Below, piece by piece: positions 27,401 to 40,685 of a stretch of 64,000 nucleotides of DNA. Every line of letters starts with the position of its first letter. Position 1 is the stretch's first letter. Source of the DNA: Octopus bimaculoides (Eukaryota); contig NC_068991.1 of assembly GCF_001194135.2 (NCBI RefSeq), forward strand, positions 17,215,397 through 17,279,396. Direction: 5' to 3'. The translations under genes were made by a program, and so were the position numbers. Under the pieces are notes generated by a model. That model was not told the DNA's origin, did not search any database, and worked only from the letters and a program-made list of their open reading frames with translations.

Positions 27401-29163
27401 ACAGGGTTTCTATAGTTGAATGCCCTTCTTAATACTTACAACTATTCAAAGAGTACTGGGTGCCTTTCTAATTAGAAGTGACCTCACAGTACTAATGAGG
27501 TCACCTCTAATTAGAAAATGATAATGGTTCCTCGTTTTGGCCAAAAGCATTGAGTTTCCACTATAGATAGTTCAGTGACACTCTCAGTATATTACTGGTA
27601 CTTAGTTGAACTTGGAATGATGGAAGGCAGTGTTGACCCCATCAGATTTTATACCCAGATGTAAAAGATAAGAAAATGCCCCAGAACATTTTTAGTCAAG
27701 GTTCTGTCAACTTACCATTTTTTATTATAAAATTCATTTTGACCAGGACTAAGCTTATTCAACTTGGTTGATTTCAAAATTTGCTGTATAATATTTATAC
27801 AGGTTAATTTTAATTTTGTACATTGGTACACTAGACCACAGATTTGTGAAAGAGAAAGAATAATCATTCAGTCGATACCATATCATGGCAGTTATTGGTT
27901 TTAACAGTCCCACTCCTTGCCACACAATCACTGAAAAACAAAAGGAAAGATTAACACTGCTAGGATCTGAACCTGGAGAAAAGACATGAAACAATATGCC
28001 GTTAGGAATTTAGTCTAAACTCATTTCTATGCATGTACTGCCTGCCCTTCATATAAACATCATAATACAGCATGTCTTACTATTCATTGGCACCACTGGC
28101 ACTAACGGTTTATAATTACTTTCACCAACTGCATTCAGTTTACATGTTGATTTTTGTTTATTTTGAGTTTCGTTTTTAATGTTGATCTGTTTTAATGACG
28201 TTCTAGTCTTTTACAGTTAATACAAGTATGGTGTGCTGTTCATACTCCTCACTAGCACTTTTATAAATGATTGTCTGTGTTGTCACTTGAATCGATTATG
28301 GAGTATCTCTGTGGTTTCTTGATTGCTAGAAACAACAGTCAAATCTTCAACTCACACTCTACTTGAAAAATGCTACATTTTTTGAATAAAAAATTGAATG
28401 TTCATAGCTATAATGTTTTTGATCAGAATCCTACTGGTTCAGGACTACCCTGGGGCTAACCAACAACAAAAAGAAAGGCTTTAGAAAAGTAATTTCATCA
28501 ACAATTTCTCCTGGTGTGATAAAAGTAGTTTAATATGAAACCAGACTGTCAACCCAACTTGCCAAAAATCCGTCTAGCTACCTTTTTCGTAAGCCTTCTA
28601 CTATTTGTAACCATTCAAATTATGTTATAAAGACAGGCTTTTCTCTTTAGGGCTAGAAAACACATTATTCCCCGACAACTACTAGCACTCTAAGAATATT
28701 TACTAGACTGCATCCAAAGAAAGGCTACTTAACTGATTGATATGGTGTCTTACACACATTTCTGGCTGAAGAAAAGTGCTGTCTTTTCTGCTTGGAGCTG
28801 GCTGATTTTTGTATGACTACCACTTGGGTACTCTAGACTGGGTTATCTTTCTTCCTTGTGTGTCCATTCCCCAGGGCCTGGCACTAACAGTTATGGCCAA
28901 TCCTTCCTCTCTTGTGGATATCACCCGTCTGGAACTCCCATCCTGGACACTTGTTTCTCTTTCAATTGTTAACTTATAATTATTTAAGAGGAATGTTAAA
29001 TTAGGTTGAAGTCATCAGGCTCTTGGAGCCTATGAAAGTCATAGGCACTACATCCTTCCTAATCCATTCCAGCATGGAAAACGGCTGATGATAGATACAT
29101 GTATGTATGTGTGCATATGTATGCATGCATGTGTGCGTATGTATATATATATATATGTGTGTG

Positions 29164-29379
29164 TGCCAGTACCGCCTGACTGGCCTTCGTGCCGGTGGCA
29201 CGTAAAAGCATCCACTACACTATCGGAGTGGTTGGCGTTAAGAAGGGCATCCAGCTGTAGAAACTCTGCCAAATCAGATTGGAGCCTGGTGTAGCCATCT
29301 GGTTCACCAGTCCTCAGTCAAATCGTCCAACCCATGCTAGCATGGAAAGCGGACGTTAAATGATGATGATGATGATGAT
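29164..29379 (+). mobile_element. Young 5'-truncated SINE family B
   Basis: GAGTGGTTGGCGTTAAGAAGGGCATCCAGCTGTAG...GCGGACGTTAAATGATGAT. Confidence 0.9.
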
Positions 29380-30214
29380 ATATCTCACTAACTTAGTTGT
29401 GATGATGATAATTTGGTTAACTCTTCATTGTAAACCACCTGAAACTACATCTGATTCTTTGACAAAGATTGCATGTTTAGTATTCATATTTTAATTAAAA
29501 TCCTCCATCATAGCTTCTTCTAAGAAACTTTTTATATTCCTAACATAATGTCCTTTGTTTTTGTTTATTATTATTATTATTTAAAGATTTTCCAGTGTAA
29601 TTTGTGGGTGATTTGGTTGCTTTTCTTCTAACAGCTCGCAGTAAAGTTACTGTGGCTGCTGTTAAAGTTGAAGATTAAGAACTGTCCTTAATCTTATTTG
29701 ACTGTGTTCTAAAACATAAAAGATCTTTTATTACTAAACATCCCCTGTCAATAATGATGATAATAAATAATAATAGTACTAATAATGAGCTTAATGTTAA
29801 CTCTCTCCACACACACACACACACACACACTCTCTCTCTCTACTGCACATAGACACTGAAGCTGTGTGTGTGCGTGGTTTATTGTATTCATAGCCTCAGT
29901 CGTAATAATAATAATACTTTTATTTTTATCCATGTAGTTACTTAAGCAGCTTGGCTTTTGTAATTTTTTTTGACAATATTTTAGTAATCCTCTATCCCTA
30001 GTAGTTTCGGGGCATTTTGTGTATGTTTGTGAACATGTATGTCTGTCTATACCAGAGAGAGAGAGAAACAGTCAGAGGTAAACTTAAGCAGACTCTTGTA
30101 GTCACCAAAAGTTTGTTGCCTGTCGATGGGTTAGGATGTTGTTGGAGTTCTGCTCCTGTATTGAGAGGCCTCCTGTTAAGCTTGAGCATCAAGTCCGGCT
30201 GGTCAGCTTCCACC

Positions 30215-30221
30215 ATGAAAG
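30215..30221 (+). CDS. Candidate start-codon exon end: CCACC-ATG AAA G|gtaggc (phase 1)
   Basis: Strong CCACCATG context directly before an AAG|GTAGGC donor, in a unique, relatively GC-rich stretch (~30075-30240). Phase-compatible with 53949-54009. Identified post hoc. Confidence 0.2.
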
Positions 30222-31861
30222 GTAGGCTAAACTGTGCTGCTGTTGTTATGTTGTCAAGTACATACTTCTGCTTACTACAAGTCGTTACTCTCTTAATACT
30301 ACACCTACTGTTTATTTTCAGAACAGTAGCTGAATTTTCTATGCATTGCTTGTGTATTGTTTCAGCGTGAGTGTATATTTAGTGTTCTATGTATTTGTGT
30401 ATATGACAGCCACAAGGACTTATGAGAATTTCTTACCATCATATATACATGTGTTAAGCAAAGAATATTGGTTTAGTTGACACTTGGTTCCATTGTTTTT
30501 CTTTTGTTTTTTCTGTTTGTTGATTTTATGTGCATTGCGTGCAAATTGATGCCTGGTTAATTATAAGGGCATTGCAACAAGCATAGAAGCTGTTTGCGTG
30601 AGCCCAGGTGAAGCTAAGAACAGGTGCAGATCTTAGTGGTAGTAGTAACTATTCTGGCTGTAGAGAAGGATAGGAAATTTTTTTTTCTGTTATGTAGACA
30701 GTAAAAGATGTAATATTCAATGTGTGTTTCTGTACTTATGGACATATATATATATATATATACATGCTTGGGTGTATATGAATATTTATGTATAAACGAT
30801 ATATACAATTTATGCTTTTATATAACCAAGATGGTTCAGCGGCGGTTGTGTTAATTATGGTAATATGAAAAGAATCGTTAATAGCAGCTGTGTTTCACAG
30901 CTGAGTGCTTCTGCTAATACTGACAGCTTGGCTCAACTCTAAAATAGGAAAGTGAGAGAGAATGAGTGAATTAGGCACCCACCTGTGTTCTATTTCTTTG
31001 TGCTAAAAAGTAGTGAGAGAAATTGAATTTGAACCTTGGAATCTTTCGACCACTACTAACTAGTCCAAGATTTTAACCATTCATTCAATATTGTTTCTTG
31101 AAGAAATTAGCATCTTGTTTCATACTATTAATAGTTGTTAATGTCTAGGCCCCATTAAGCTTTGAATGAGTACCGATGATCAAAGGCCTTCCCCTTTATG
31201 ACCACCCCCATTTCTTTCCAGACACTATGATTACATTATCAACTATTTTTTTTCTTTTAAGATGATATGGTATACTATGAAGCAGTTTTGAGCTGCCATT
31301 TCTAGCAGACTGAGTGGCTGTATAGGGGCTTCCACCCTCCTTTTTTTTGTGACACAAGGTTTATTTTTTTTATGAAGTGTGTGTAAAGTCAACCCAAGAG
31401 AAATAAGATAAAAGCTCCCTTCTACTGCATACACACATACCTCACTCTTTTTGTTCCCTATGATTTCAAGTGTTAATGTTTAATTGAGAGTGAGTGCAGT
31501 TTTTATCGATAATGGGATACAATCAAATCTCGTGTATTACTGGTATTTACTTGAGACAAAGGTAAAAATGACTGAAGCAAGGTTTGAACTATTAAAAAGT
31601 AGAAGGAAGAAGAAAAATAAAGAAATTACTGTTTCACGTATGCCCTAGGAGTTTGACTTTTCTTCACTAACTTAATAATTCTTTCAAATTTTGGTTGGTC
31701 AGCAATTTTAGTGGGTGGTGGCAGTTAGTTGATTATATTGACCTCAGTATTTGATTGGTACTTTATTTTATTGACCCTGAAATGGTTGACCTCAGCAGTA
31801 AACTAAGAATGTAAAGCGTTGCAAAAAATGCTGGTAAGCATTTTGTCTGACGCACTGTAAA

Positions 31862-31981
31862 AGGAGTAGACCCAGAAAGACATGGGACAAAGTGGTGAGA
31901 AATGATCTTTAAATGTTGAGCCTTACAGAGGAGATGATAAGGGACCTTGATTTGTGGCGGTTTGCTGTACTAGAGAAGATC
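31862..31981 (+). mobile_element. RTE-clade LINE C-terminal fragment
   Basis: Translates as RSRPRKTWDKVVRNDL*MLSLTEEMIRDLDLWRFAVLEKI. Confidence 0.8.
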
Positions 31982-34255
31982 AGTGTCCCTTTCTCAGATG
32001 GAGGGTCTTTGTCTTACATGCTACTTGGTGACCCTGCTGTTGCCACATTAAAAAAAAGCACCTGTGCTGGTGCCACGTAAAAAGTACCCAGTACACTCTG
32101 TAAAGTGGTTGACATAAGGAAGAGCTTATAACCATAGGACCCATGCCAGAACAGACAAATGGAGCCTGATGTATTTCTCTGGCTTGCCAGTTTGGAAAAT
32201 GAACATTGTGTGATGGTAATGATGATGCACTAATAATCCTGTCAGCTTGGTTAATAATAATAGTCAAACATCTGTTTTTCCATGCTAGCTTGGCTTTAAT
32301 AGGGAGGTATATAAAGCAGGATTTTTATGGTCATATTCTCTTCCTAGGGGAAGAAATATCAACATCATCAGTTGTAGCTTGGCTACAAATGATTACATCA
32401 CCATTTGTTGCTATGGTTCAGTGCAGATTATAAACTTTCACACACATTTCTTGCAGCCTCTGTCTATTCAAATTTACTCACAAGATATTGGGGCCATGGT
32501 AGAAGATAACCACTCAGTGCCAGACAGTGGGACTGAACCTGAATCCGTGTGGTTGAAAGTGAACCCTTCAGCTACAATGCTATACATGAAATTTATGCAT
32601 CGACACATACATGGGCACATTATGGCCAAACAATTAAAACCATGCTAAAACATACAGTGGAGCTTGTGGCAGTCCTCTGGCTTGTCAGCTCCTGTCAAGC
32701 TGTCCAACTTATGCCAGCATGGGAGACAGACATTAAATGATGGTGAAGATCAATTAAGACGTTTACCCTATAACCATGAAGTCCCAGACATGATCTTGCT
32801 GCACAGCAATGTGGGTAACAACAACTTCTTTTGTTTGTCACAGAGATATCAGATACGATAAGCATTACAAATTGTAAATTTTTGTGTAGTGGGGTTTACA
32901 TAAAATCAGGTGTTTAATATGAGAGGGGGGGGAGACTTAAGATGGAAAGTATACAGTGTACAAAATATGTGAATACATGGATGATGCAGTTCTCCAACCA
33001 GATCCATTCAAGGAAATCCATAGATCCAAAATCATCTTTGACTACCAAAGGCACGAGTATTCACCCAACTGTTGTTCTCCAATTCAAAGATGCCATTCAG
33101 AGTAGTCCCTATTTTTGCCATAGTCACCTACTTCTTGATAATTTCACTGGAAGAGAGCACCTCTCTCCATCCTCACTTGAATAATAATTATAATTTCAAA
33201 TTTTGGCACAAGACCTGCAATTTCAAGGTGCTCAACTGGTACTTAATTTATCAACCATGAAAGGTGAAGTCGACCCTGGGGGAAATTGAACTCAGAATGT
33301 TAGGACAGTCAAAATGCCACAAAGCATTTGCCTGATGTGCTAATGGATTCAATAATCCTTTCTACGAAAAGCACAAAGCCTAAAATTTTTGGGGGTAGCG
33401 GCTTGTTGATTACACTGACCCCAGTGCTCAACTAATACTTATTTCATTGACCCTGAAAGGATGACAGGCAAATTCAACCTTGGTAGCATTTGAACTGAGA
33501 GCATAAAGACAGATAAAATGCTGCTCAGCATTTTGTCAGGCATGCTAACAATTCTGTCAACTCTAATCTCCTAATATAATAATGAGCGTAGTGTTTTTAT
33601 ATATTTGTGTATATATATATGTCCAGAATCACGCCGGATATGGAGGCAGAGAGAAAATAGTAATTCAGTGAAGGAGAAGTAGTGAGAGTAATAGCCCTGA
33701 TTGAGAGGGAGTGAGAGAAAGGAAGGGGTGATGGATGAATAAGGAAGGAAGGAGTGAAAATCAGCTTTTCAGTTCTGTGTGAATATGTGTGTGTGTGTGT
33801 GTGTACAAAGGGAGTATGTGATTATTATGCACCTTATTTATATATAAAATACTACAATTAGACGTCATTTTTGACGGCACGTGGTCAGCTAATAATGATA
33901 ATAATAGCAATATAAATGATTTATTCGATACAAGGATGTTGTATGAAAGGCACATTACAAAGATAGGTTACAAAGTGTGTGGAGGTTTATGTGAAACTGG
34001 GTGAAACGGGAGGGATGAAAGGAAAAGTATACCTAGTATGTATATCCATGAGTACTTACATTGACATTATCAGAATGAAAGGTGTAGTTGGGGACTCAAC
34101 AGGATTTGAAGTGAGGAATGTTGAGATGTACAACACTGCAAGCTGTTTTGCTTGATGCTCTACTGATTTTTATTATACACTACTGACTTAATACTTACTA
34201 TGCTGATGATTACTTAAAGTAATACATGGTCACAAGATTTATATGGGAGGGGTAT

Positions 34256-34466
34256 ACTCTATTACTTGTTTCAGTCATTTGACTGTGGCCATGCTGGAGC
34301 ACCGCCTTTACTTGAACAAATCGACCCCAGGACTTATTCTTTGTAAGCCTAGTACTTATTCTATCGCTCTTTTGCCAAACCGCTAAGTTACGGGGGACGT
34401 AAACACATCAGCATCGGTTGTCAAGCGACGTTGGGGGGACAAACACAGACACACAAACACACACAC

Positions 34467-34504
<38 letters not shown>

Positions 34505-34667
34505 GACTGGCTTCTTTCAGTTTCCGTCTACCAAATCCACTCACAAGGCTTTGGTCGGCCTGAGGCTATAGTAGAAGACACTTGCCCAAGGTGCCACGTA
34601 GTGGGACTGAACCCAGAACCATGTGGTTGGTAAGCAAGCTACTTACCACACGGCCACTCCTGCGCCT
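34256..34667 (-). mobile_element. Full-length SINE family A
   Basis: Complete from tail to head (...CCACTCCTGCGCCT). Confidence 0.9.
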
Positions 34668-34813
34668 ATAGTTGATTTAATCTAATGTAGTCAATGATTG
34701 ATACTTGTTTGTTGTAGTTTGAGCTTTACTTGTCTTTTATGTGGTACCCATGAAAAATTTGTTATATTTTTGTTGTCCTTGTGACTAAATAAGATTATTA
34801 TTAAAAATCATTT

Positions 34814-34976
34814 GGCACAGGTATGACTGTGTGGTTAAGAAGTTTGCTTGTTAACCACATGGCTTCAAGTTCAGTCCTCTTGCATGGTACCTTGGGCAAG
34901 TGTCTTCTTTTGTGCCCTAGGCTGACGAGAGCCTTGTGAGTGGATTTGGTAGACTGAAACTGAAAGTAGCTTGTTG
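34814..34976 (+). mobile_element. SINE family A 5' half, head-to-head with 34256-34667
   Basis: GGCACAGGTATGACTGTGTGGTTAAG...CCTTGGGCAAGTGTCTTC...GTGAGTGGATTTGGTAGAC. Confidence 0.8.
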
Positions 34977-35460
34977 TCATCATCATCATCATCATCATCG
35001 TTTGATGTCCGCTTTCCATGCTAGCATGGGTTGGACGATTTGACTGAGGACTGGCAAGCCAGAAGGCTGCACCAGGCTCCAATCTGATCTGGCAGAGTTT
35101 CTACAGCTGGATGCCCTTCCTAACGCCAAACACTCCAAGAGTGTAGTGGGTGCTTTTATGTGCCACCGGCTCGGGGGCCAGTCACATAGTACTGGCAACG
35201 GCCTTGCTCAAAAAGTATTTTTTTTTACGTGCCACCTGCATGGGAGCCAGTCCAGCGGCACTGGCAACGACCTCGCTCAAATGATTTTCTAAAGTGCTAG
35301 AAGACAACACTGGTAATGATTACACTCAATGGTGCTATTTACGGGCCACTAGCACGCAAGCCAAACAGCTGCTCTAGCAATGAACACGCTCGGACAGTGC
35401 TGTTAGTGCTACACTGGCGCAGGTGCTAGTCATCGAATATGGTTCAATTGCAATTTCGTT
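34977..35460 (-). mobile_element. SINE family B, longest copy in the window, with two internal ~70-bp repeat units
   Basis: Tail at 34977. Repeated unit GTGCCACC...GCCAGTC...CTGGCAACG...GCTCAAA starts at ~35160 and ~35229. Confidence 0.8.
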
Positions 35461-36514
35461 GTGTGTGTGGGTACTTGTCTCCTTGTCTTGACATGTGATA
35501 ATTTTAAATGCATGACACTGTTGTAGAAGCAGTGTCTTTCGTTTCCAATATTCTGTGAAAACATGTCTGGCTATATGGAAATATTTCCTTCTTTGGAAAC
35601 TGGTATGGGTTGACAACATGAAAGGCATTGACCATAGAAAATCTGCCTCAATAATAAATAATAACAAAACCCATCTCACATGGAAAAGAGGATGTTAGGA
35701 AAATGGTGAGAATGGTGGATATTAAAATCAGTAGAACAACATTCTGAGATTGAATCCTGTCCTTACCAACTTTGGGATTGATAAAATAAATACTAATGAA
35801 ATAATAGAAATTGATGTGGCTGTTCCTTCTTCTCACATTTCAGACTGTCAGTGTAAAATCATTAAGTGTGCAATTAGTATCATATAAGAGTCAATGCTGT
35901 TTAACTCCACCTCAGCTTTCATCCAGGTAACTGACCACCTATGCTCTGAGGTATTTCAGCTGTGACCTCCCCCACCACTTTTTTTTTTCTGTATTTAGGA
36001 CTGTTATACAATGCCTCTTTTTTTTTTCTTTTTTAAATGTAGTATAACTTGAGGGTGGTTTGGTTGTTATTTTTAGCCAGTTGAATGACTATACTGAGGC
36101 TCTGTCATTAGCTCATATTACATAGCTGCTATATCTTGGTACCAGATCTGTCTAGCAACTTTTAGTTTTAGCAATAGTTCATCAATAATCTTGTATGTAT
36201 TAATATATAGACATATACTGTATATGTATATAATACCCATTTATTCAGTATCATCAGTGTGTCTGTCCATACAGTAGCTGTTGTCAGAAAAAAGTGTTCA
36301 CAGCTATTTACGGGTTCTGTTCAGCAGCTACGGGGTGTGAAGCCATTTGCCAGTTTGGTCTGGCAGCCATGATGTGGAAAGTGTTAATTTCATTGTTAGC
36401 TAAACTTTGTAGCCAGGAAAGTCAGCAACAGTTAGTAGTAGTAATAATAATACTGAGCTGCCACATCTATCTCATTTGTGGTTTTGAGGGAAAAGATTAC
36501 TAGCATTTAGGTAT

Positions 36515-36932
36515 TACTCTTTTACTTGTTTCAGTCATTTGACTGCGGCCATGCTGGAGCACCGCCTTTAGTCAAGCAAATCAACCCCAGGACTTATTCT
36601 TTGTAAGCTTAGTACTTATTCATTCTATCAGTCTCTTTTGCCGAACCGCTAAGTTACGAGGATGTAAACATACCAGCATCGGTTGTCAAGCGATGTTGGG
36701 GGACAAATACACACACACACACACACACACACANNNNNNNNNNNNNNNNNNNNNNNNNNNNNNNNNNNNNNNNNNNNNNNNNNNNNNNNNNNNNNNNNNN
36801 NNNNNNNNNNNNNNNNNNNNNNNNNNNNNNNNNNNNNNNNNNNNNNNNNNNNNNNNNNNNNNNNNNNNNNNNNNNNNNNNNNNNNNNNNNNNNNNNNNNN
36901 NNNNNNNNNNNNNNNNNNNNNNNNNNNNNNNN

Positions 36933-36979
<47 letters not shown>

Positions 36980-37172
36980 CACATATATACACACATACAT
37001 ATATATATATATACGACGGGCTTCTTCCAGTGTCCGTCTACCAAATCCACTCACAAGGCTTTGGTCGGTCCGAGGCTATAGTAGAAGACACTTGCCCAAG
37101 GTGCCACGCAGTGGGACTGAACCCAGAACCATGTGGTTGGTAAGCAAGCTACTTACCACACAGCCACTCCTG
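36515..37172 (-). mobile_element. SINE family A with expanded internal (CA)n spanning an assembly gap
   Basis: Tail at 36515-36708, (CA)n plus N-run at 36709-36970, head ending at 37172. Confidence 0.9.
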
Positions 37173-37936
37173 TATTATTAATATTTATGATTAATAAGTC
37201 TTATTTTTGGTTTAAGATGGAAATTTTTTTTTTCTCTTTACATGGGCCTGATTATGATTAGTTAAAGGAAAAGATTATTTCCAGGATGGTAGTGGAAGCC
37301 AATCCAGGTGACATCATAAATTGACTCATGGAGGTGGGGCAGGGTACAGAGTTGTTTGATTCAACCCCCTGCCCTGCTCCTTACTCCCTGTCTTTAGACT
37401 CTGACTTGTAGAATCATAAAGTGAACTCTGGTAACACCAATGTGCCTACATGTTGCTCAACCAGCTAGAAATAACACCTAGATCTCCCTCAGACTACATC
37501 AAACTGCCTTAAGAAAAAGGAATATTGGATTGCATCGTCATCATTATCATCATCGTTGTTTAAATGTCCACTTTTCCATGTTTGCATGGCTTGGACAGAA
37601 TTTGTTGAAGCAGATTTTCTACTACTGGATGCTCTTCCTGTCACCAAGCATCATCTGTTTCCACATAAGGCCATATTTACCCATGACCAGACATGTTTTG
37701 GAAAGGGACACTGCCTGCATGGCGGTAACATTCATTTACAACTAGTACCTGATGTTAAGACAAGGAGACTAACATGTACATATATGCACACATATATAAG
37801 AGGTTTTCAGTTTCTGCCTATCAAATCCATTCATAAGGTTTTGATTGGCTCAGGGTCGTAATAGAAGACAATTGCCCAAGGTGCCACATAGTAGGACTGA
37901 ACCGGAGATCATATGATTGGGAAACAAGCTTCTTAT

Positions 37937-38421
37937 CAAACTATGAGTCGCGACCCATCAGTGGGTCGCGAACGGAATCTTAGTGGGTCGCAAAAAGTTA
38001 TAAAATTACGCATTAGCTTTGATTAACTGCTGTCGAGATAGTTCAAGACTCGTGTTTTCAATACCAGATTGGTTGTTTTATCAAGCAGTAGGCTTTTTTC
38101 ACGAACTTAACAAATCAGAGGTGGTCATTTTCTCAAGTTTTTTATTCATACGTAATCGTAAAAAGGAAAAGTCTGTTTTTACCTATTTATAGAGAACTTT
38201 AAACTAGGCACAGTACAACACTGATTGAGCCGATAACAGTTACTGCTTCGAGGTTTTGTATTAGAGTTAATACCTGCCTATAGGGTATGGAGACGTTGAA
38301 ACAGTTATAAAACAAAATGTTTCACATTTAATCTAACCCTAACCCAGTAGAGTTAAGTGGGTCGCCATAAACTGGTGTCATAAATAGTGGGTCGCGTCTC
38401 TAAAAAGTTTGGGAACCACTG
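37937..38421. mobile_element. Non-autonomous hAT/Charlie-type MITE with truncated left end
   Basis: Right end AAAAGTTTGGGAACCACTG is the reverse complement of the Charlie-type TIR CAGTGGTTCCCAAAC and is followed by ATCTAGAT (NTCTAGAN). GTGGGTCGC/GCGACCCA subterminal repeats occur five times. The left end retains only CAAACT, next to a SINE A fragment (37799-37936). Confidence 0.8.
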
Positions 38422-39721
38422 ATCTAGATGATCTATAGATCTGAAATAGTTGGAAGGGCCCACACAACAATATGGCATGACTTGAATTTGGAATGTCTCT
38501 CCTTCTGCATGTTGCTAGGAGGCTTGTCTATGCAGGACTGGAATGTCTGCCCAGTGCCAGGATGTCTGTGTGATGATTGGATGTCTGCATTAATGGCCAC
38601 TACTGTGCTGTCTCTGTGAAGCTTTTTTTTTCTTCTTCTTTTTCTTAAGTCCCCACTGTCAACTCACAAATATCACTTTTGTTTTTTAAATCTAAACACT
38701 CCTTTTATGTTTTGGTTAAATGCTATAACTATACTTCCTTAACAATGTAACCAGCAACCATTTACTTCACTAGCTTTTGTCTGTCTGTGGTGAACATGTA
38801 CTCATGCATGCACATGTGATCTTGTGTGTGTGTGTGTGTGTGTGTGTCTTTGTTTAAAATAAATTTTTTTTTTGAGGGGGGGGTTCTTCCAAGCTTTGCT
38901 TTGAAATAGTACTTACCGCATTTTGCTCGTCATATATACCAATTACTACACACTCTCCCTATTGTTATTGAATTAGTCACTGCTGATATCCATTCTCTTC
39001 CCCCTTCTTCTCTTCCTCTCACTAATTTCTGTGCACTGCTACCAATCATTCTTCCATTCGACATCAGACCAGAAAAAAAAAAAAAAAAAAAAATTAGGTG
39101 CCACTATTTCGGTTTTGTTTTGTTTTCTTACTTGGTAGCATATTTATCTGTTCTTCTCTGTCAGAAACTAGTGAAGTTAGGAGGTCTAAGTTTTCTTTCA
39201 CTTCAGTGGTTAACTAGTATAGATAATTCCTTTTTTTATAAATTCTTTTTGTTATTTATGTATTAAGTTTGCAGTGTATTCAGTGTTACTTATCAGGCAA
39301 GTTAACAAATGAAGTCAATTTGAAAAACAAAATTCAGTAGCAATGTGTTCACACAGTTACATAACAATTCCAATCTGTTTGAGATATTAACTATAATTAA
39401 TACTTGACAGTACTAAATGTGAAAGTGCGTGGCCTAGTGGTTAGGATGACAGGCTTATTATAGAGTCATGAGTTCAATTCCTGGTTCAAACAGCACATTG
39501 TGTCCCTTAGCAAGGAATAATATTTCACTTGGTTCCAGTCTCTTCAGCTGACTTCTGGTACAGCCCAGCCCGTTCTTCTTCCATCCAGCATATCTTTGAT
39601 GTTCCACTGGGGCAAGGGGATGTCTGTCTACTCACAACTACAAAGGCATCTATGCCAGATCATTTTTGCAAATGACAGTTAAAATCATTTTTAAACAAAA
39701 TATATTGAAATGCTGACTACA

Positions 39722-39936
39722 TACTCTTTTACTCTTTTACTTGTTTCAGTCATTTAACTGCGGCCATGCTGGAGCACCGCCTTTAGTCGGGCAAATCAAC
39801 CCTAGGACTTATTCTTTGTAAGCCTAGTACTTATTCTATCGGTCTATTTTGCTGAACCGCTAAGTTACGAAGACGTAAACACACCAGCATCGGTTGTCAA
39901 GCGATGTTGGGGATAAACACAGACACACAAACATTT

Positions 39937-39983
<47 letters not shown>

Positions 39984-40152
39984 TATACGACAAGGCTTCT
40001 TTCAGTTTCCGTCTACCAAATCCACTCACAAGGCTTTGGTCGGCCCGAGGCTATAGTAGAAGACACTTGCTCAAGGTGTCACGCAGTTGGACTGAACCCA
40101 GAACCATGTGGTTGGTAAGTAAGCTACTTACCACACAGCCACTCCTGCGCCT
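39722..40152 (-). mobile_element. Full-length SINE family A
   Basis: Complete copy with the tail unit TACTCTTT duplicated. Confidence 0.9.
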
Positions 40153-40685
40153 ACGTAAATTAATTTCAGTGTGTTCAGTAATTAAATTTTGATTTATATC
40201 TGGTCAAACACAAGATAGGAAGAGGTGTATATTGAACAACAGTGTTTCCTTTTACACTTAATATTACTTTACAATGTCTCCTGTTGGACACTTGTATCTG
40301 TACACTGGTGCTGTATTCTACTGTTTCATTGTGGATGGCAAAATGACAGTTGTTAGGGTATAAGACAAAATACCTTGCAGTATTGGTCCCAACTCTTGAG
40401 TTCAAATCCCACCAAGGTCGACCTTTCCTGCAAATTGTTGCAGCATCTAATGATATGTCTTGTATTTACTTGTTCCAGCTCTTTGAATTTTATTTGCATG
40501 TTACTCATCATCAGTTGCCTTGTTTTACACCATCATCTGGTCCTTGGATGCTTTTATTAGAGTTCACTCTTATATTCAGGACAGGTCTCTGGTTTGAGGA
40601 TAACTTCCTCCCTTTCGCTTACCAGTCTCAGGGGCCCTGTAGAAGGAAAACAAAAGGGCCAGGGATGTTGCTCTGTCTTTGACTG

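Noticed and set aside
30826-30905. CAAGATGG (YY1-like) motif, GCGGCGG and a CAGCTGT-GTTTC-ACAGCTG hairpin
   Set aside because: The motifs are short, the ATG frame stops after seven codons, and nothing else supports a promoter.
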